Positions 21,532-38,804 of a DNA stretch of 64,000 nucleotides are shown one piece after another. The stretch's first letter is position 1, and each line of letters opens with the position of its first letter. The stretch is taken from assembly GCA_050613775.1 (NCBI GenBank), contig JBODTK010000146.1, forward strand, positions 124,001 to 188,000, given 5' to 3'. The notes beneath the pieces are model-generated. The model was not told where the DNA came from. It made no database searches and saw nothing but the letters and a program-made list of their open reading frames with translations. Source of the DNA: Neocallimastix sp. 'constans'. Lineage: Eukaryota. Position numbers and translations under genes: made by a program.

Positions 21532-22132
21532 ATAATTTATATATTAATTAGTTTTTAATAATTAAAAAAATAATAACATAGAAATTATACTCTTTATTTA
21601 GTTTATGAATAACAAATCAAGTTAAAATATTTATTATTAAAATATATATACATAAGGTTTCATTAACTTTAAAAATTATAAAAGAAAATTTTTTACAATA
21701 AATTTATTTATTTATTAAAATATTTTTATATTTATATTATTTTAATTTTAACTTTTTTAAAGTAAAAGTAAACTTTTTTTTTTTAAATATTTTTATTATT
21801 TAAAAGTATTACTAATATTAAATCTTTATTTAATAGTTTTAAAATTAATACTACTGCTTTTAATGACCATAAGAAAAATACTTAAAAGAATTTAAATTAT
21901 AACGAAATAAAAAAGAAATAAAAATATTTTATTTTTTTTTATTGAAAATAAATAAAACTTATCAAATGAAATAAATATATATACAAATTATAAATTTCTA
22001 AATTTATGTATATATATATAAATAATATATTGAAAAAAAAAATATTAATAAATAAATATCTTAAAAAATTCATTATTAAATATTTAATATTATATAAATA
22101 GTGAACATCTAATATTATATTATAAAATTAAT

Positions 22133-26050
<3,918 letters not shown>

Positions 26051-27139
26051 AATAATGTATAAATAATAAATTTAATTATTAATCTTTTTTTTTTTCTCAA
26101 TAAAAATTTTAGTACATATATTCTTTATCTATTTCATATATTTTCATTACATAAAAAACAGTATTTTCTTTTCAAAGTATTAAAAAATTATTGATTTATA
26201 TATTTTATTTTTATTAAATTTTATTTAATAATTATTATCATCTATTCTCTCCTTTTTTTTTTTTTTTTTTTAATATTATTATTATAAATTCATGTAAAAT
26301 AATAATTTAAAATTAAAATTCATACTTCTTAATAAATTATTTTTCAGTTAAATTTAAGAAAATTTTCTTTATTATTATTGCCTTTATTAATAAGAAATTT
26401 TAAAAAATAAAATTATATATATATATATAATATCAATAATTAGATAACAAAGGTTAACAATTAATAAATTAATTAATTAATTAGTAAATATTAAATGTAT
26501 TTATTTTTTTTCTGTAAAAAAAAAAGTAAAAATATTAATATAATATTTTTATATTTAATTTAACATTGGGTAACAAAGGTTTAAAAAATTTAAATTTAAA
26601 AAGTTTTTGAATAGTTATTTTTTAATTGAACATTTAAATTATTAATATATTTATAAAATTAATTTAACCTTGAGTAACAAAGGCTTTAAAAATGTAATTA
26701 TATAAAGTTTTCAAAAAGCATATATATTACTCAAAAAAAAAAAAAAAATAAAAAATAAAAAAATAAAATAAAAATAAATAAAATAAAATTACAATTAAAT
26801 AAAAAAAACAATAAATTTTTTATATATGATATATTATTAATATACTTTAATAAATGTCTCTTTTTATTTTATTTCTTCAAAATCTTCGATGAATTTGAAT
26901 TTGTTATTTTTTTTAAATATTTAATTTTTATAAATATAATTATTACAGAAGCATAATTCTTATTGCATAGTCTAGTGAAAAAATAAAATATCTTTCTAAT
27001 ATTTGTTTAATTTATAAAAAAAAAAGATTAATATATACGATATTTTTGATATAACATATGAATATATATAATAAAGAAGAATAAAAATAATAATTTCAAA
27101 ATTAAATACAATATTTAAATACTTTTTTTTAATGAATTT

Positions 27140-27660
27140 TATAATGAGTTACTAACACTTAATTATTCTAAATTAAATTCCTATATATTAATGCATTATA
27201 GCTTATTCATTAATTACTATATTTTATTACATATTTTTTAGACTGGGATTAATGAAAAGGGAGGACAACAGGGCTTCTAGTCTCTCTCTTAAACGTATTA
27301 GAATTTCTTTGTTAACTCGGACCACTTTCTAAGCAAAGCAAATATGAAAGACATTCCCTTTAGGCTGCTTTATACTATGGGCTTCTTTTCAGTAATTTCT
27401 TGAACCACTGTCTAGGAAAAGTAATTATATATTTTAGCAATAAGAATACTTACCATGGCAAAAGAACACTAACTTAATTTATAGGGAAAAACACCCTGGA
27501 AGGATGGAAATCACCCCATATAAATTCAGGAAGAAGTTGCGGGATCTATACAGAAACCTTATGTATATTAGTCCCTAGTACTAACCACCAGGATAAAATA
27601 AAGAAAGACATTTCATTTCATCATATTCACATATTCTAACTCATCATTTATTAATTACAT
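27140..27660 (-). repeat. Copy of the LTR-like repeat family, split by insertion of the structured element
   Basis: Reverse complement gives GTTAGAATATGTGAA on one side and TAATTAATGAATAAGCTATAATGCATTAAT on the other. Both match consecutive parts of 45506-45597. Confidence 0.6.
27234..27597 (-). mobile_element. Structured non-coding dispersed element, copy 1 (class unknown)
   Basis: GC-enriched island colinear with 40287-40661. Multiple stems. Ends CCAGTC-T-A6 on the minus strand. No ORF. Confidence 0.75.
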
Positions 27661-27739
27661 AAATTTATATTTATAAGCTTTATTTACTGTATTAATACAT
27701 TATTGTACATTAACAAAATAATATTCATCTATACTAACA

Positions 27740-27782
<43 letters not shown>

Positions 27783-29254
27783 ATTTTAAAATTTAAAGTT
27801 TACAAATTTTTGATCTTCATCAATAAATATTTGGTTCAGATTGAAGATTAAATTAAAAATTATAAAAAAAATTGAAATTCATACTTCACCAATTTGAAAT
27901 CTTTACCAAATAAGTTTTAAATTAAAGCTTCTTTTAATTTACTATTATCATTTAATATATCCGATATACAACTAAACTATAAACAAAAATAAAAAAATAA
28001 TAATAATTATTCACAGAACACTCATTCAATAACATTTATAACTGTAATGAATAATTATTTTATATAAATAATTAATAGTAATATAAAATTTTTTTATTTC
28101 ATTATCAAAACTTAAATAATAATTATAATAATTAAAAAAAAATAAACCTTATAATTGGATATAATTAAACATAAATAAAATTTATCTTGTTATTTATTAA
28201 TTATTTTTTAATATAATAAAATCGTATCACTATTAATAACTTTAAAAAACCCAATATATCAAATATTTATTATTTATATTTTATATAATTAAATATTTAT
28301 TTATTTATTTATCTATTTATTTATTTATCTATTTATTTATTTATTTATTTATTAACTAATTATCTTTTTATAAATTGATTTTAATATATACACTTTTACT
28401 TATTTTATATTTATTTATATTATATTTTAATATATTAATAAATATAATTTTTAATATATGGAAAATTCATCTTTTTTTTTTTTTTATTATTATTATTTTT
28501 TTTTTAAATTTCATAAAAAAGATTTTTTTTTTTTAACTTTTGCACAAAGTATAAATTATTTCAATTTAAAAGTAATTTATATTACAAATTTAATTAGTAT
28601 TTATATATACTTTTATTCATTTTTTTTTTTTTTTTTTTTAAAGAAAAAAATTTAAATAAAATAAATAAAATTTAAAAAGAAAAAAGGAATTCATTCAGAC
28701 GAATAATATTAATTAATAGTAATGTATTTATTATTGTATATATATTATAAATTTATAAAATTAAAATCAATTATTTTTATAATTTTTTGTTTTGTAAAAA
28801 TAAAAATACAAAAATTATTTTTTTCTATTATTAATTTATATTTAATATTATAATAAGAAGTATTAATAAATTTTATTATTAATATCATATTATATTTATA
28901 AAAAAAAAAAAAAATGTGAATTTTGATATTGTAATATTACAAAAACAATAAAAACATCAAATCCAAACAAAATAAATAAAATAATCAATATATTATATAA
29001 AATAAATATTAAATTTGATTTATTAAATGGAAAATAACCGTTAATAAAAATTTCAAATTATTTATTTTTAAATAAATCAGATATATTGATTCATACTTAT
29101 TAATTGTTTTTGCTTTATTTTAAAAAATTGACTTTTTTCTTTAATATTTTTTCTTTTTTATATTTAATATTTTTATATTATTTAAAAATAAATAAATATT
29201 AAAAAGAAAATTAATATCAAAAGTAACAATTAACAATTAATAATTATATTACAG

Positions 29255-32200
29255 ATGGTTAGGAATTCAAATATTAATAATATTGACGATTTAAATAATA
29301 TTATTGATAATAATAACAGTGATTCTGGTAATAGTGAAGAGATTGAAACTAAAAATAATATAGCATTTAAACGAATGAAAATAAATGGTGAAACAGACCA
29401 AGATTCAAATATTTCTCAATCATCTCCAACAATAATGGATAATAATAATTCAAGTAGTAATTCAATAAATGAAAATGAAAAATCTTCTAATCATTTTTTA
29501 AATAATGATTTTAGTTCAATCCAAAATCAAATGTAAAAATTCTTTTATAATTTATAAATTAATCTTTAAAATATTTTCTTCATTAATTATAACTTATTAA
29601 TTATATTTATATAAAATATTTAAATACGATAATTTAAAAAAAAATATATATATATAGTATATATAATATTGATTGAAAAATAGTATATTTATATTAATAA
29701 ATTTTTAAATTATTAAATAATGAAATTAATAATTAAAAAAATTAATTTTATTGCAATTACAATAATAAATTTTATACTTATATATTAAAATATATATTTA
29801 TATGATTTTATTTATATATTTATATGATTTTATTTATTATATTATATTATATTATATTATATAATATAATATTATTTTATTTTCTATTATTATATATTAA
29901 TAAAAACATGAAATTAAATAATATAGTACTCCAATGGATTCATATTCATCTTCAAATCCGGAAGCATTTGAACAAATAAATAATAAAGCAATTTCAAATA
30001 CAAGAGATGATATGTATCAAGCACCACCATATACGCCAATCAGGAATTCTACAAACAATTTTGATGATTCAAGTAGTTCTGATGAATCATCATCACCACC
30101 ACCATATGAATCTTTGTATCAACCATCAATTCAAAGATCCTATAAGGATCATATTCCAGGAACTACTGGTTTAAATAACTTAGGTAATACTTGTTTCATG
30201 AATTCAGGTCTTCAATGCATCGCACATACAAACTTATTACGTGATTATTTATTAAAGGGCTATTGGAAAAAAGAATTAAATTTGACAAGTAAACATGGTA
30301 TGAAAGGAAAAATGGTAAAAGCTTTTGTTAAGGTATTAGAAAATTTATGGAGTAAAAATGACGGACCATACAGACCATCTGAATTTAAAAGCGTTATAAG
30401 TAAGCATACTCCTTCTTTTGAAGGTTATCATCAACATGATTGTCAAGAATTTATAGCTTCCTTATTGGATGGACTTCATGAAGACATTAACAGAGTTCCA
30501 ATTAAAAAATTTGAAGAATATCCAGATATGAATGAAATGGAAGATGAAGAAGCTGCAAAAACGTCATGGGATTTACATATTCGTCGTGAAAATAGTTTCA
30601 TTGTTGATTTATTTTATGGTCAATATCGTAGTATCAATATTTGTCAAGAATGTAAAACAGTAAGAAAAAATTTTGAACCATTTGTTTATTTAACATTGCC
30701 AATACCTGAAAATCAAGAAATTGAAATTCCTATTCAAGTTCTTTTAAATGGCAAATTAATAAATAACGTCAGAATAAATATTCTTAAGTCAGATAGTATT
30801 GCTACTCTGAAGGATAAAATATGTGAAAAATTAAAAGAAAGTGAATACATTAATGAGATTGAAATTAGTAGGAATAATATTGAAGTATTCCAATGTCATA
30901 ATCATAATATGAATGCCTATTTAAGTAATTCAGAATTAGTTGAAAATATACAATCTCTAGAACTTAGTTATTATGTTCTATATGCTTATATTATTACTAA
31001 TGACTATTCCATTGATGTTATAAAAAATTATTTACCACCACAAAAGGAAGACGAGAAAAATAACAAAATCCCAACAAGTTTTAATGTTCCAATTTATCAT
31101 AAAGTTGAAGATGCCGATAAATATAACAGTGAAGATAATGGTTTCCCATTCCTTATTAATTTACCAAACTTAAAGCATCTTGAGGATGAAGAAAAGAAAA
31201 TTAATAGAAGATTACTAGGTTGGATTGTTTATCGTGAAATTGTTAAATATTATCAAAACTTTACAGAATTTACTATTGCCACTATGGATCCTGCTGCTGA
31301 ATTAGATCCAAAGGTTTTAGAACGTATTAAGCAAATTAGAGAAGAAGAAGAAAGTCTTAATAAAGGTATTGCCTCAAAAATGAATAAAACTGAAAAAAAT
31401 AGTTCATCCAGTGATGATGAAGGCGATGATTCTAATACTAATAAAAATGAAGATAAAACAAATATACTTAGTAATGATGATGATACTGATAGTCAGCGGG
31501 CCAACGCATCTTCAAATAATGATGCTAGTCTTTCAGATATTCAGCTTAATGATAGTATAAATGAGTCAATTCGAAAGGAAATGGAAACTGAAGAGGTCAA
31601 TCCAATTAACGAAGATGAAGATACTTTATTAGAAACTACTTATCAAGAAACTCAAGCAAAGCACTCTAATGCTGTTGCTAGTGCTGGCGATGCTATAGTG
31701 AATGCAAAACCAGTTGAAAAAGTCAAAGATAAAAATGAAAACAAGGAAGAAGATGTTGATGTTCTCTACCCAATTAACGATGGATGGAAGATTATGCCAA
31801 AATTGTTTGATGTTCAATTGGTATATACTGATAAATCAAATGAAAGTTTTTATTCCTATAGTTATACCTATAATGGAAAACTTGTTGCATTATATAATAC
31901 TAAGGATAATTCTTCCAAAGAAAATGATTCATATAGAACAAAAAGTTATGGTAGTAGTTATAGTATTGCATCAGAAAATAAAAGTGCTAAGGTTGAAATG
32001 GAACCTAAAGATCTCATAATTATTGTTACTTGGAAACCAGCACTTTTAAAATTCTTATTTGGAGAAACAAAATTTAAAGTATTTTCACCAAAAGAATCTG
32101 AAGAAGTTGTTAAAAAACCAGAAGCTCAGCCAATTTCATTAGAAGAATGTATACAAGAATTTATTAAGGAAGAAATTTTAACAGATGAAAATAAATGGTT

Positions 32201-33074
32201 CTGTCCACATTGTAAGGAGGATAGGGAAGCCTATAAAAAAATGGATATTTGGAAAGCTCCAGAAATTCTTATAGTTCATTTAAAGCGTTTTATTCAAGAT
32301 AGAAGATACTATTCTTCACGTAAGAATAATGTTCTTGTGACCTTCCCAATTAAAGGATTAGATTTAACTGATATTATTCAAGGACCAAATATGGATGGTG
32401 AAAAATATATATATAACCTTTATGCCATATCCAATCATAGTGGTTCCACTGGTGGTGGTCATTACACTGCTTATGTTAAAACAGATGATAAATGGTATGA
32501 TTGTAATGATAGTTATGTATCAGAAGTATCTGATGAAAATAGTATTATCACTTCCAGTGCCTATCTTCTCTTCTATGAAAGATGTCATGAACCAGGTAAA
32601 GAATTTAAATTACCTGATCTTGAAGGTAAACAAGATGTTGTTGATGAAGAAGAAATAAAAGAACAAATGCTATTACAACAACGTCGTGCTATGCCGATGG
32701 AACCAAATACTTCTATGGGAATGGGTATGAGCAACATGAATAATGAAATAAGATCTGGTATGTATAGTTATACCACCACAACTGTTACACCTGACTATAC
32801 AATGACCTCCACCTATCATAATCCTTCAACAGAAGATTTTGCTGATTTTAATAATGCAAGCAACATGTATACAACTGTAAGTAATAATGCTGGTGCACTT
32901 GTACCAGCTAATCCTATGGAAATTTCTAACCATAATATGGGTATTTCCACAGAAGATGAAGTTCTTTATGATGCCAATGAAAGTATTGAAGATAGTGAAA
33001 ATTTAAGCAATAATGATAATGATACCGTAGTAGATGTAGAAGTAATAGAAGAAAAAGATAATATGGAGAATTGA
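29255..33074 (+). CDS. Ubiquitin-specific protease (peptidase C19), USP4/11/15 / Ubp12-like split catalytic domain; exons 29255-29532 and 29927-33074
   Basis: Cys box GLNNLGNTCFMNSGLQC, QHDCQEF, CQEC/CPHC zinc pair, HLKRF, and His box SNHSGSTGGGHYTAY..WYDCNDS..AYLLFY. In-frame GT..AG intron at 29533-29926. Confidence 0.93.
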
Positions 33075-33860
33075 AAATTAACTAGAAAATTAATATTAAA
33101 ATTAAAAAAATTAAAAATAAATAAGAAAAAAAGAAAAGAAAAGAAAAGAAAAAAAAAGTAATAATTAAATAAGTATAAAAATAAAAAAAAAATTAAAAAT
33201 TAAATTAAGAAAAAAAAAATATAAATATATATTATATATTTTATTTTTCTTTTTCTTATGATTTAACAATATCTTTTTTTTTTTTTTATACTAATTAATT
33301 TTTATTTTATAAACTACCCAATAGTTATCAATAATATTAAAATGACACAAAAAAAAAAAAAAAAAAAAAAATTATAATCAAATAATAACTTTATTAATAT
33401 TAATATTAATATGGATTAATATTTAAGTAATTTTTTTTTTTTTTTTTTTTCATTTAAAGAATATTTTTTTATATATATTCTCATATGAATGAATAAATTT
33501 TAATAATAATAATAATAAAAATCAATAGATAATAATTAATATTATAAATAATATTATATATATATAATTTTTTGCATATTTATCTTATTTATAGTATCAT
33601 TAATTATTATTTAAATAAACCTTTAAAAAAAAAAAAAAAAAAAAAAAAGTTAAAAATTAATATATATATATATATTTGTTTTTTCTAATTTTTTTTTTTT
33701 TTTTTTTATTTTTATCTTATCTTATTTTTTTTTTTATTTTTTTTAGTTTTTAATATTATTTTTTCTAGTATATTAAACCATTCAATACTAAATTAAAATT
33801 TTCAAGAAAAAAAAAAAATAAATTTTATATATATTTATATATCAATACGATTTAAAATAT

Positions 33861-33908
<48 letters not shown>

Positions 33909-34401
33909 TTTTAACTACCCTTTATTTTTTTTTTATTTTTTTTTTTTTTAAATATTTATATATAGATATATATATAAAATTAAATATCTTTATTATTTTA
34001 ACTACCTTTTTTTTTTTTTTTTTTTTATATTATTTTATTATTTTTTATTATTACTAAAATTTAAAAATTATAATATAAAAATAATATAAAAAAAATTTTA
34101 ACTACCCTTTATTCAAAGAAAAAAAAAATATTATTAAATGATGATAATAATAATATATAAATAGTTATTATCATATTTAAGAAAAATTTATTAACATTTA
34201 ATAGTATTTTTTTTTTTTTTTTTTAAATTTTTTACTCTTTTATTTTATATAATTTTTTTTATAGTAATTATAATCATAATGTACTAATATTAAAATATAA
34301 AAATAATAATAATAATAATAAATAAATAAATAAAAATTTAAAATATATTATATAATAAAAATCATAATTTTTTTTAATAATATTCAAACAGGTATTATAT
34401 T

Positions 34402-34456
<55 letters not shown>

Positions 34457-34497
34457 GATAAATTTTCTAAAATGAAATAAAAAAAAAAAAAAAAAAA

Positions 34498-34548
<51 letters not shown>

Positions 34549-34698
34549 AAATTAAATAATATAAAATATCATAATAAATAATATTTGAAAAAATAAAAAT
34601 AAAAATAAAAATAAAAAAAAAAAATAAAAAATAAAAATAAAAATAATAACAAATAACAAATAACAAATAAAAATAATAAAATAATAATAAAATAATAA

Positions 34699-34735
<37 letters not shown>

Positions 34736-34754
34736 AATAAAAATAAATAATTAC

Positions 34755-35630
34755 ATAATTTTTAACTTTGTTCATAATTATATTGATTTCTTCTAATAAG
34801 TCTGATATATCCTCTTCTTCATTATCAATACCATTTTTCGATATACTCATTCCTAAGAGTGTATTGAAAAATAGTTTGTATTAAATTCAAAAGTATTATA
34901 ACGTCATAAATATAAACGTTAAAGTAATGAATATGCTAAAAAAAAAAAAAAAAAAAAAAAAGGAATGTATTGAGTAAAATCTACAGATTCTCCTTTTTGT
35001 TGAATTATTTGTTTTTCAACCTCTATATGTTTTGTAACCGCTTTTATATTATTGACTTCCATTACGATTCTATTTGTAGCTGGAATTAGATAGTTATTTT
35101 GTTGTGTTACTACAACTTGTATTTCTTTGTATGATATGTCTGTTAAAAATTTAGTATCTACTTAAAATTGAATTAGCATTAAAAATTTTGTATTTAAATC
35201 ATCAATGTATTATTTTAAATTACTTTTAATGATTTTTGTAAGTTAATATCTTCTTTAATAAGAATTTTTTCCTTCAAAGATTTTTATTGTATAATAGTGT
35301 TTTCATAAGCTTTTTGAAAGGGTATAAGACCTTTGTAATGTTATCAAGTAGTGGTATAGTTCTTGATATATTACAGTGTTTTAAAAAAGATTTATTTAAA
35401 TAATATTTAAAAGAATCTTTTATTATTTAAATACAACCTTTAAGTATAATTTCAAAGTATAAGAAGTAATTATTTAAATAATAAATATATATCCAGAGAA
35501 AGAATAATTAATTCTTTTGCTTTCAGTTCTACTCAGAGGACCCATTCATCTAATATAGTTTATTTTGGCTACCAATCTAGAAATAGTTATCTACTTTAGT
35601 GAATCTGTTTTACTCGATTTTCTAATTATA
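34755..35630 (-). pseudogene. Decayed coding-like fragment, possibly retroelement gag
   Basis: Coding-like composition with stops (ILDEWVL*VELKAKE; VDTKFLTDISYKEIQVVV..; EEEDISDLLEEINII). No diagnostic motif. Confidence 0.3.
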
Positions 35631-35960
35631 TAAAAATGATAATTTACTAATAATTCTATAAAATTTTAATAACCTAATTTATTGGTTACAGTCTATTTTA
35701 TATTTATTGAATTTGATATGTAAATTATATATATATAAGAAAAATTATGCATATCATTATTAATTTTAGATTATATAAACTGTTTATAACCTAACAACAA
35801 ATATAATCTCATTACAAATTTATATATTAAAAAGAAAAATATTATATTTAATTTTTGAATATTTGATTATTAAAAAATTTAAAGAATATCAATTTAAGCC
35901 GTATAAGAGAAAATTTTCATTTATTATTAAGTATTCTGTTAGAAATTAAGCTTAACATTC

Positions 35961-38804
35961 TGATGTAGTTATATAACAATAACATATTTTATAATATTTT
36001 ATAAGACAAAAGTAATTTAATAATAAACAAAAATTTAATATTATTAGAAAATAAGTAAATGAATAAAAATGTAATTTAAATAAATTAAATTATATATGAA
36101 AAATTTATGTAAAGAAAAATATTTAATATATGAGGAAAGAGTGTATTGATTAATTAATAATTAATAAATAAAAAAGTGATTATTTTACAATAGATTAAGA
36201 GTCTCAAGTGCTCTTAATTATTCGTAGTAATTTGAAGAAATAATTAAATAATGAATTGTTAAAATAAAAAAATATAATTTATTATACTAATTAAATAAAA
36301 CTGAAGTGAAGTAATATATTCTATAACCAGAATAAAAGTTATGCCAAATTTACTAAAAGCAAAATGAATTATGAAAGAAACGCTACCTAAGGATATTTTG
36401 GTCAATTCCAACTTCAAACTATGGAAACAGGAGTTTTACTTTCTTCTTAAAGGAAAAAAACTGTAAAATTATATATTAGAGGAAAAGATGGAAGAAATTT
36501 CCAAAGTCAAGCTGAGCAAAGAGCAAAAGAAAAAATTAACAATAATTGACACTTATTATCAAGAAAGTGTCACTGAAGATATGTTACAAGAAGATGCCCT
36601 GGTAAAGGAATATTTAATTAATAGCATTCCTAAGGAACTGACCTAAAAATATGATTTCATCACATTAACAGGATAAGAAATTTATAATTTAATATCGAGT
36701 ATGAACATAAATGATGACAAGGATTTAATAGATGAAATAAGAAACTCTTTGGAAAGGGAAAAATATCAACCAGAAAAGGACATTTCGTTATTTTTTTTTA
36801 TTGCAAATATGGAATTAAGATTCAAGGAACTTAGTGTATTAAAAGCTCCATAAAATAAACAAGAAAAGATTGATTATTTATATAAAAAAGTATATCAGAT
36901 GATCTGGCTTTAAAATCAAATGCTATTATTTTCCAGGGAACTTTTAATAAATTTTCTGAATTGATAATTAGAACCAATCAAAGATTCATAAAATTCACTG
37001 AAAGGAGATCAAAAAATAATTCTATTAATTAATCTAGTAACCTTGACAATTCATCTATTGAAAACGAATATTCATCTAGAAATGTTAATATAGAATCAAA
37101 TAGTAATTCATCAATACTTCTTTTTAATAATAAAGACTATTTAATCAATAACTGCAAAGAGTGAAGACACAAATAAAAGTGATGATATTAATTTTAAAAT
37201 TTTTCCATGGACTTTGGATTCTGGTGTTACATATCATATGACATGAAAATTGGATCTACTTGATAATAAAAGAGTTTTCAATAAAAAAAATCTTTTTCAA
37301 TATTGGAGATTACGCATATTCAATGTATATAGGTGAATTTAACGGATATATTAATGATAATAAAATTTCATTATAAAATGTTCTTTTCATTCCAGAATTC
37401 AAAAGAAATTTAATGTCAGTGAACTGTTTAACAGAAAATCACTTTAAAATAATTTATTTTAATAACGATAACAAAAATCACCTTTCAATTTATAATAAAA
37501 ATAATAATAAAATATGTACAATTTGCTCCAATGGTACTGAAACTTATACAATCTGGATATCAAAATGAAAAATTACTTTTCCAAGTAATAATGGTGTATG
37601 TAATTATATTGATTATGAAGATAGTGAAAGTTTATGCTTGTAGTATAAACGTCTTAGTCACTTCAACATAAATAACTTAAGAAAATTATTAACACAAATA
37701 AATACTAAACAACCATGTAAAATATGTGCTATAGCAAAATTAAAGAATTTTCCATTTCAACTAAATGATAATAGAGTTTCATATGGACATAGTAACTATC
37801 AATGATGAATCTATATATGGGAATAGATATTTCTTATCAATTTTTGATGATTATTGAAGATTTGAATGGATTATTTTTTTAAAATCAAAAAGTGAAGTAC
37901 TTAATAAATTCATTTCATGGTATAATAAAGAGAAAAATATTATCAATAAAACAATAAAATATCTTCACACAGACAATAGTACTGAATTTATGAATAGTTC
38001 CTTTGAGGAATTTTGTAATAATAATAGCATTGTACACGAATTTACCATATCCTATTCACCACAACAAAATGGTAGGATTGAAAAACTACACGATACATTA
38101 ATTCCTAATGCAAGAGCTATCCTAAAAGAGAAAAAAAATAAATCATGTCTTCTTGGAAGATGCCATAGACACTATCAATTTTATTCATAATCGTATCCCT
38201 CAGAGTGGTATTAATAATTTTATTACTTATGAATTATTATATGGAAAAAGAAAGTCGATTTTTCTAAATTTCATATTTTTGTTTTTAAGGTTTTAAGGTT
38301 TTCTTTTATGTCCCAATGCGATTTCTCAAAAAACTTAAAGTTTCACTCTCCCTGGTATTTTCCTAAGTTATGATTCAAATAAAGTTTCTCTCTCCCTGGT
38401 ATTTTCCTAGGTTATGATTCAAATAACTCTGCTTGTCCTGTTTATGATATTCATAATAGCAAGATTATTCTTTTCCGCTCAGTTGTATTTTATGAAAATA
38501 TTCCTGGTAATTGTGTTCCTTCTACTTCTCCTCCTGAAATATTTAATATTCTACATTTTTTAATATGATGTAGTTAATTAATAATTATTTTTATAATATT
38601 TTATAAGACAATAATTCAATAATAAACAAAAATTATTAAATTTTTGTTACTATTGAATATTAGAAAATAAGTAAATGAATAAAAATGTAATTTAAATAAA
38701 TTAGATTATATACGAAAAATTTATGTAAAGAAAAATTTAATATATGAACATGAGAAAAGAGTGTATTAATTAATATTTAATAATAAAAAAATGAATATTT
38801 TATA
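35961..38804 (+). mobile_element. Internally deleted Ty1/copia element with both LTRs (35961-36189, 38566-38804); gag, protease and integrase remnants, no RT/RNase H
   Basis: Direct repeats start TGATGTAGTT and share TTAGAAAATAAGTAAATGAATAAAAATGTAATTTAAATAAATTA. Remnants: NFKLWKQE (gag), WTLDSGVTYHMT (protease), KRLSHFN/CKIC, YFLSIFDDY, LHTDN.TEF, YSPQQNGRIE (integrase), GIFLGYDSN. Confidence 0.9.

Noticed and set aside
27446..27460. ATACTTACCATGGCA resembling the 5' end of U1 snRNA
   Set aside because: No U1 stem-loops or Sm site follow. It lies mid-element and is better read as a minus-strand splice-donor sequence.
27241..27597. Group I / group II intron, HDV ribozyme, RNase P/MRP, tRNA or 5S identity for the structured element
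   Set aside because: Only scattered short look-alikes (GAGACTA..AGTC, TTGCGGGA, GGTTAGTACT, GGTTCAA). Order, strand or spacing do not fit the canonical cores.
31629..32658. Overlapping short ORFs inside the USP gene (also 6251, 24975, 42653, 43379, 43383, 54929)
   Set aside because: Alternative-frame or antisense shadows of real coding exons.
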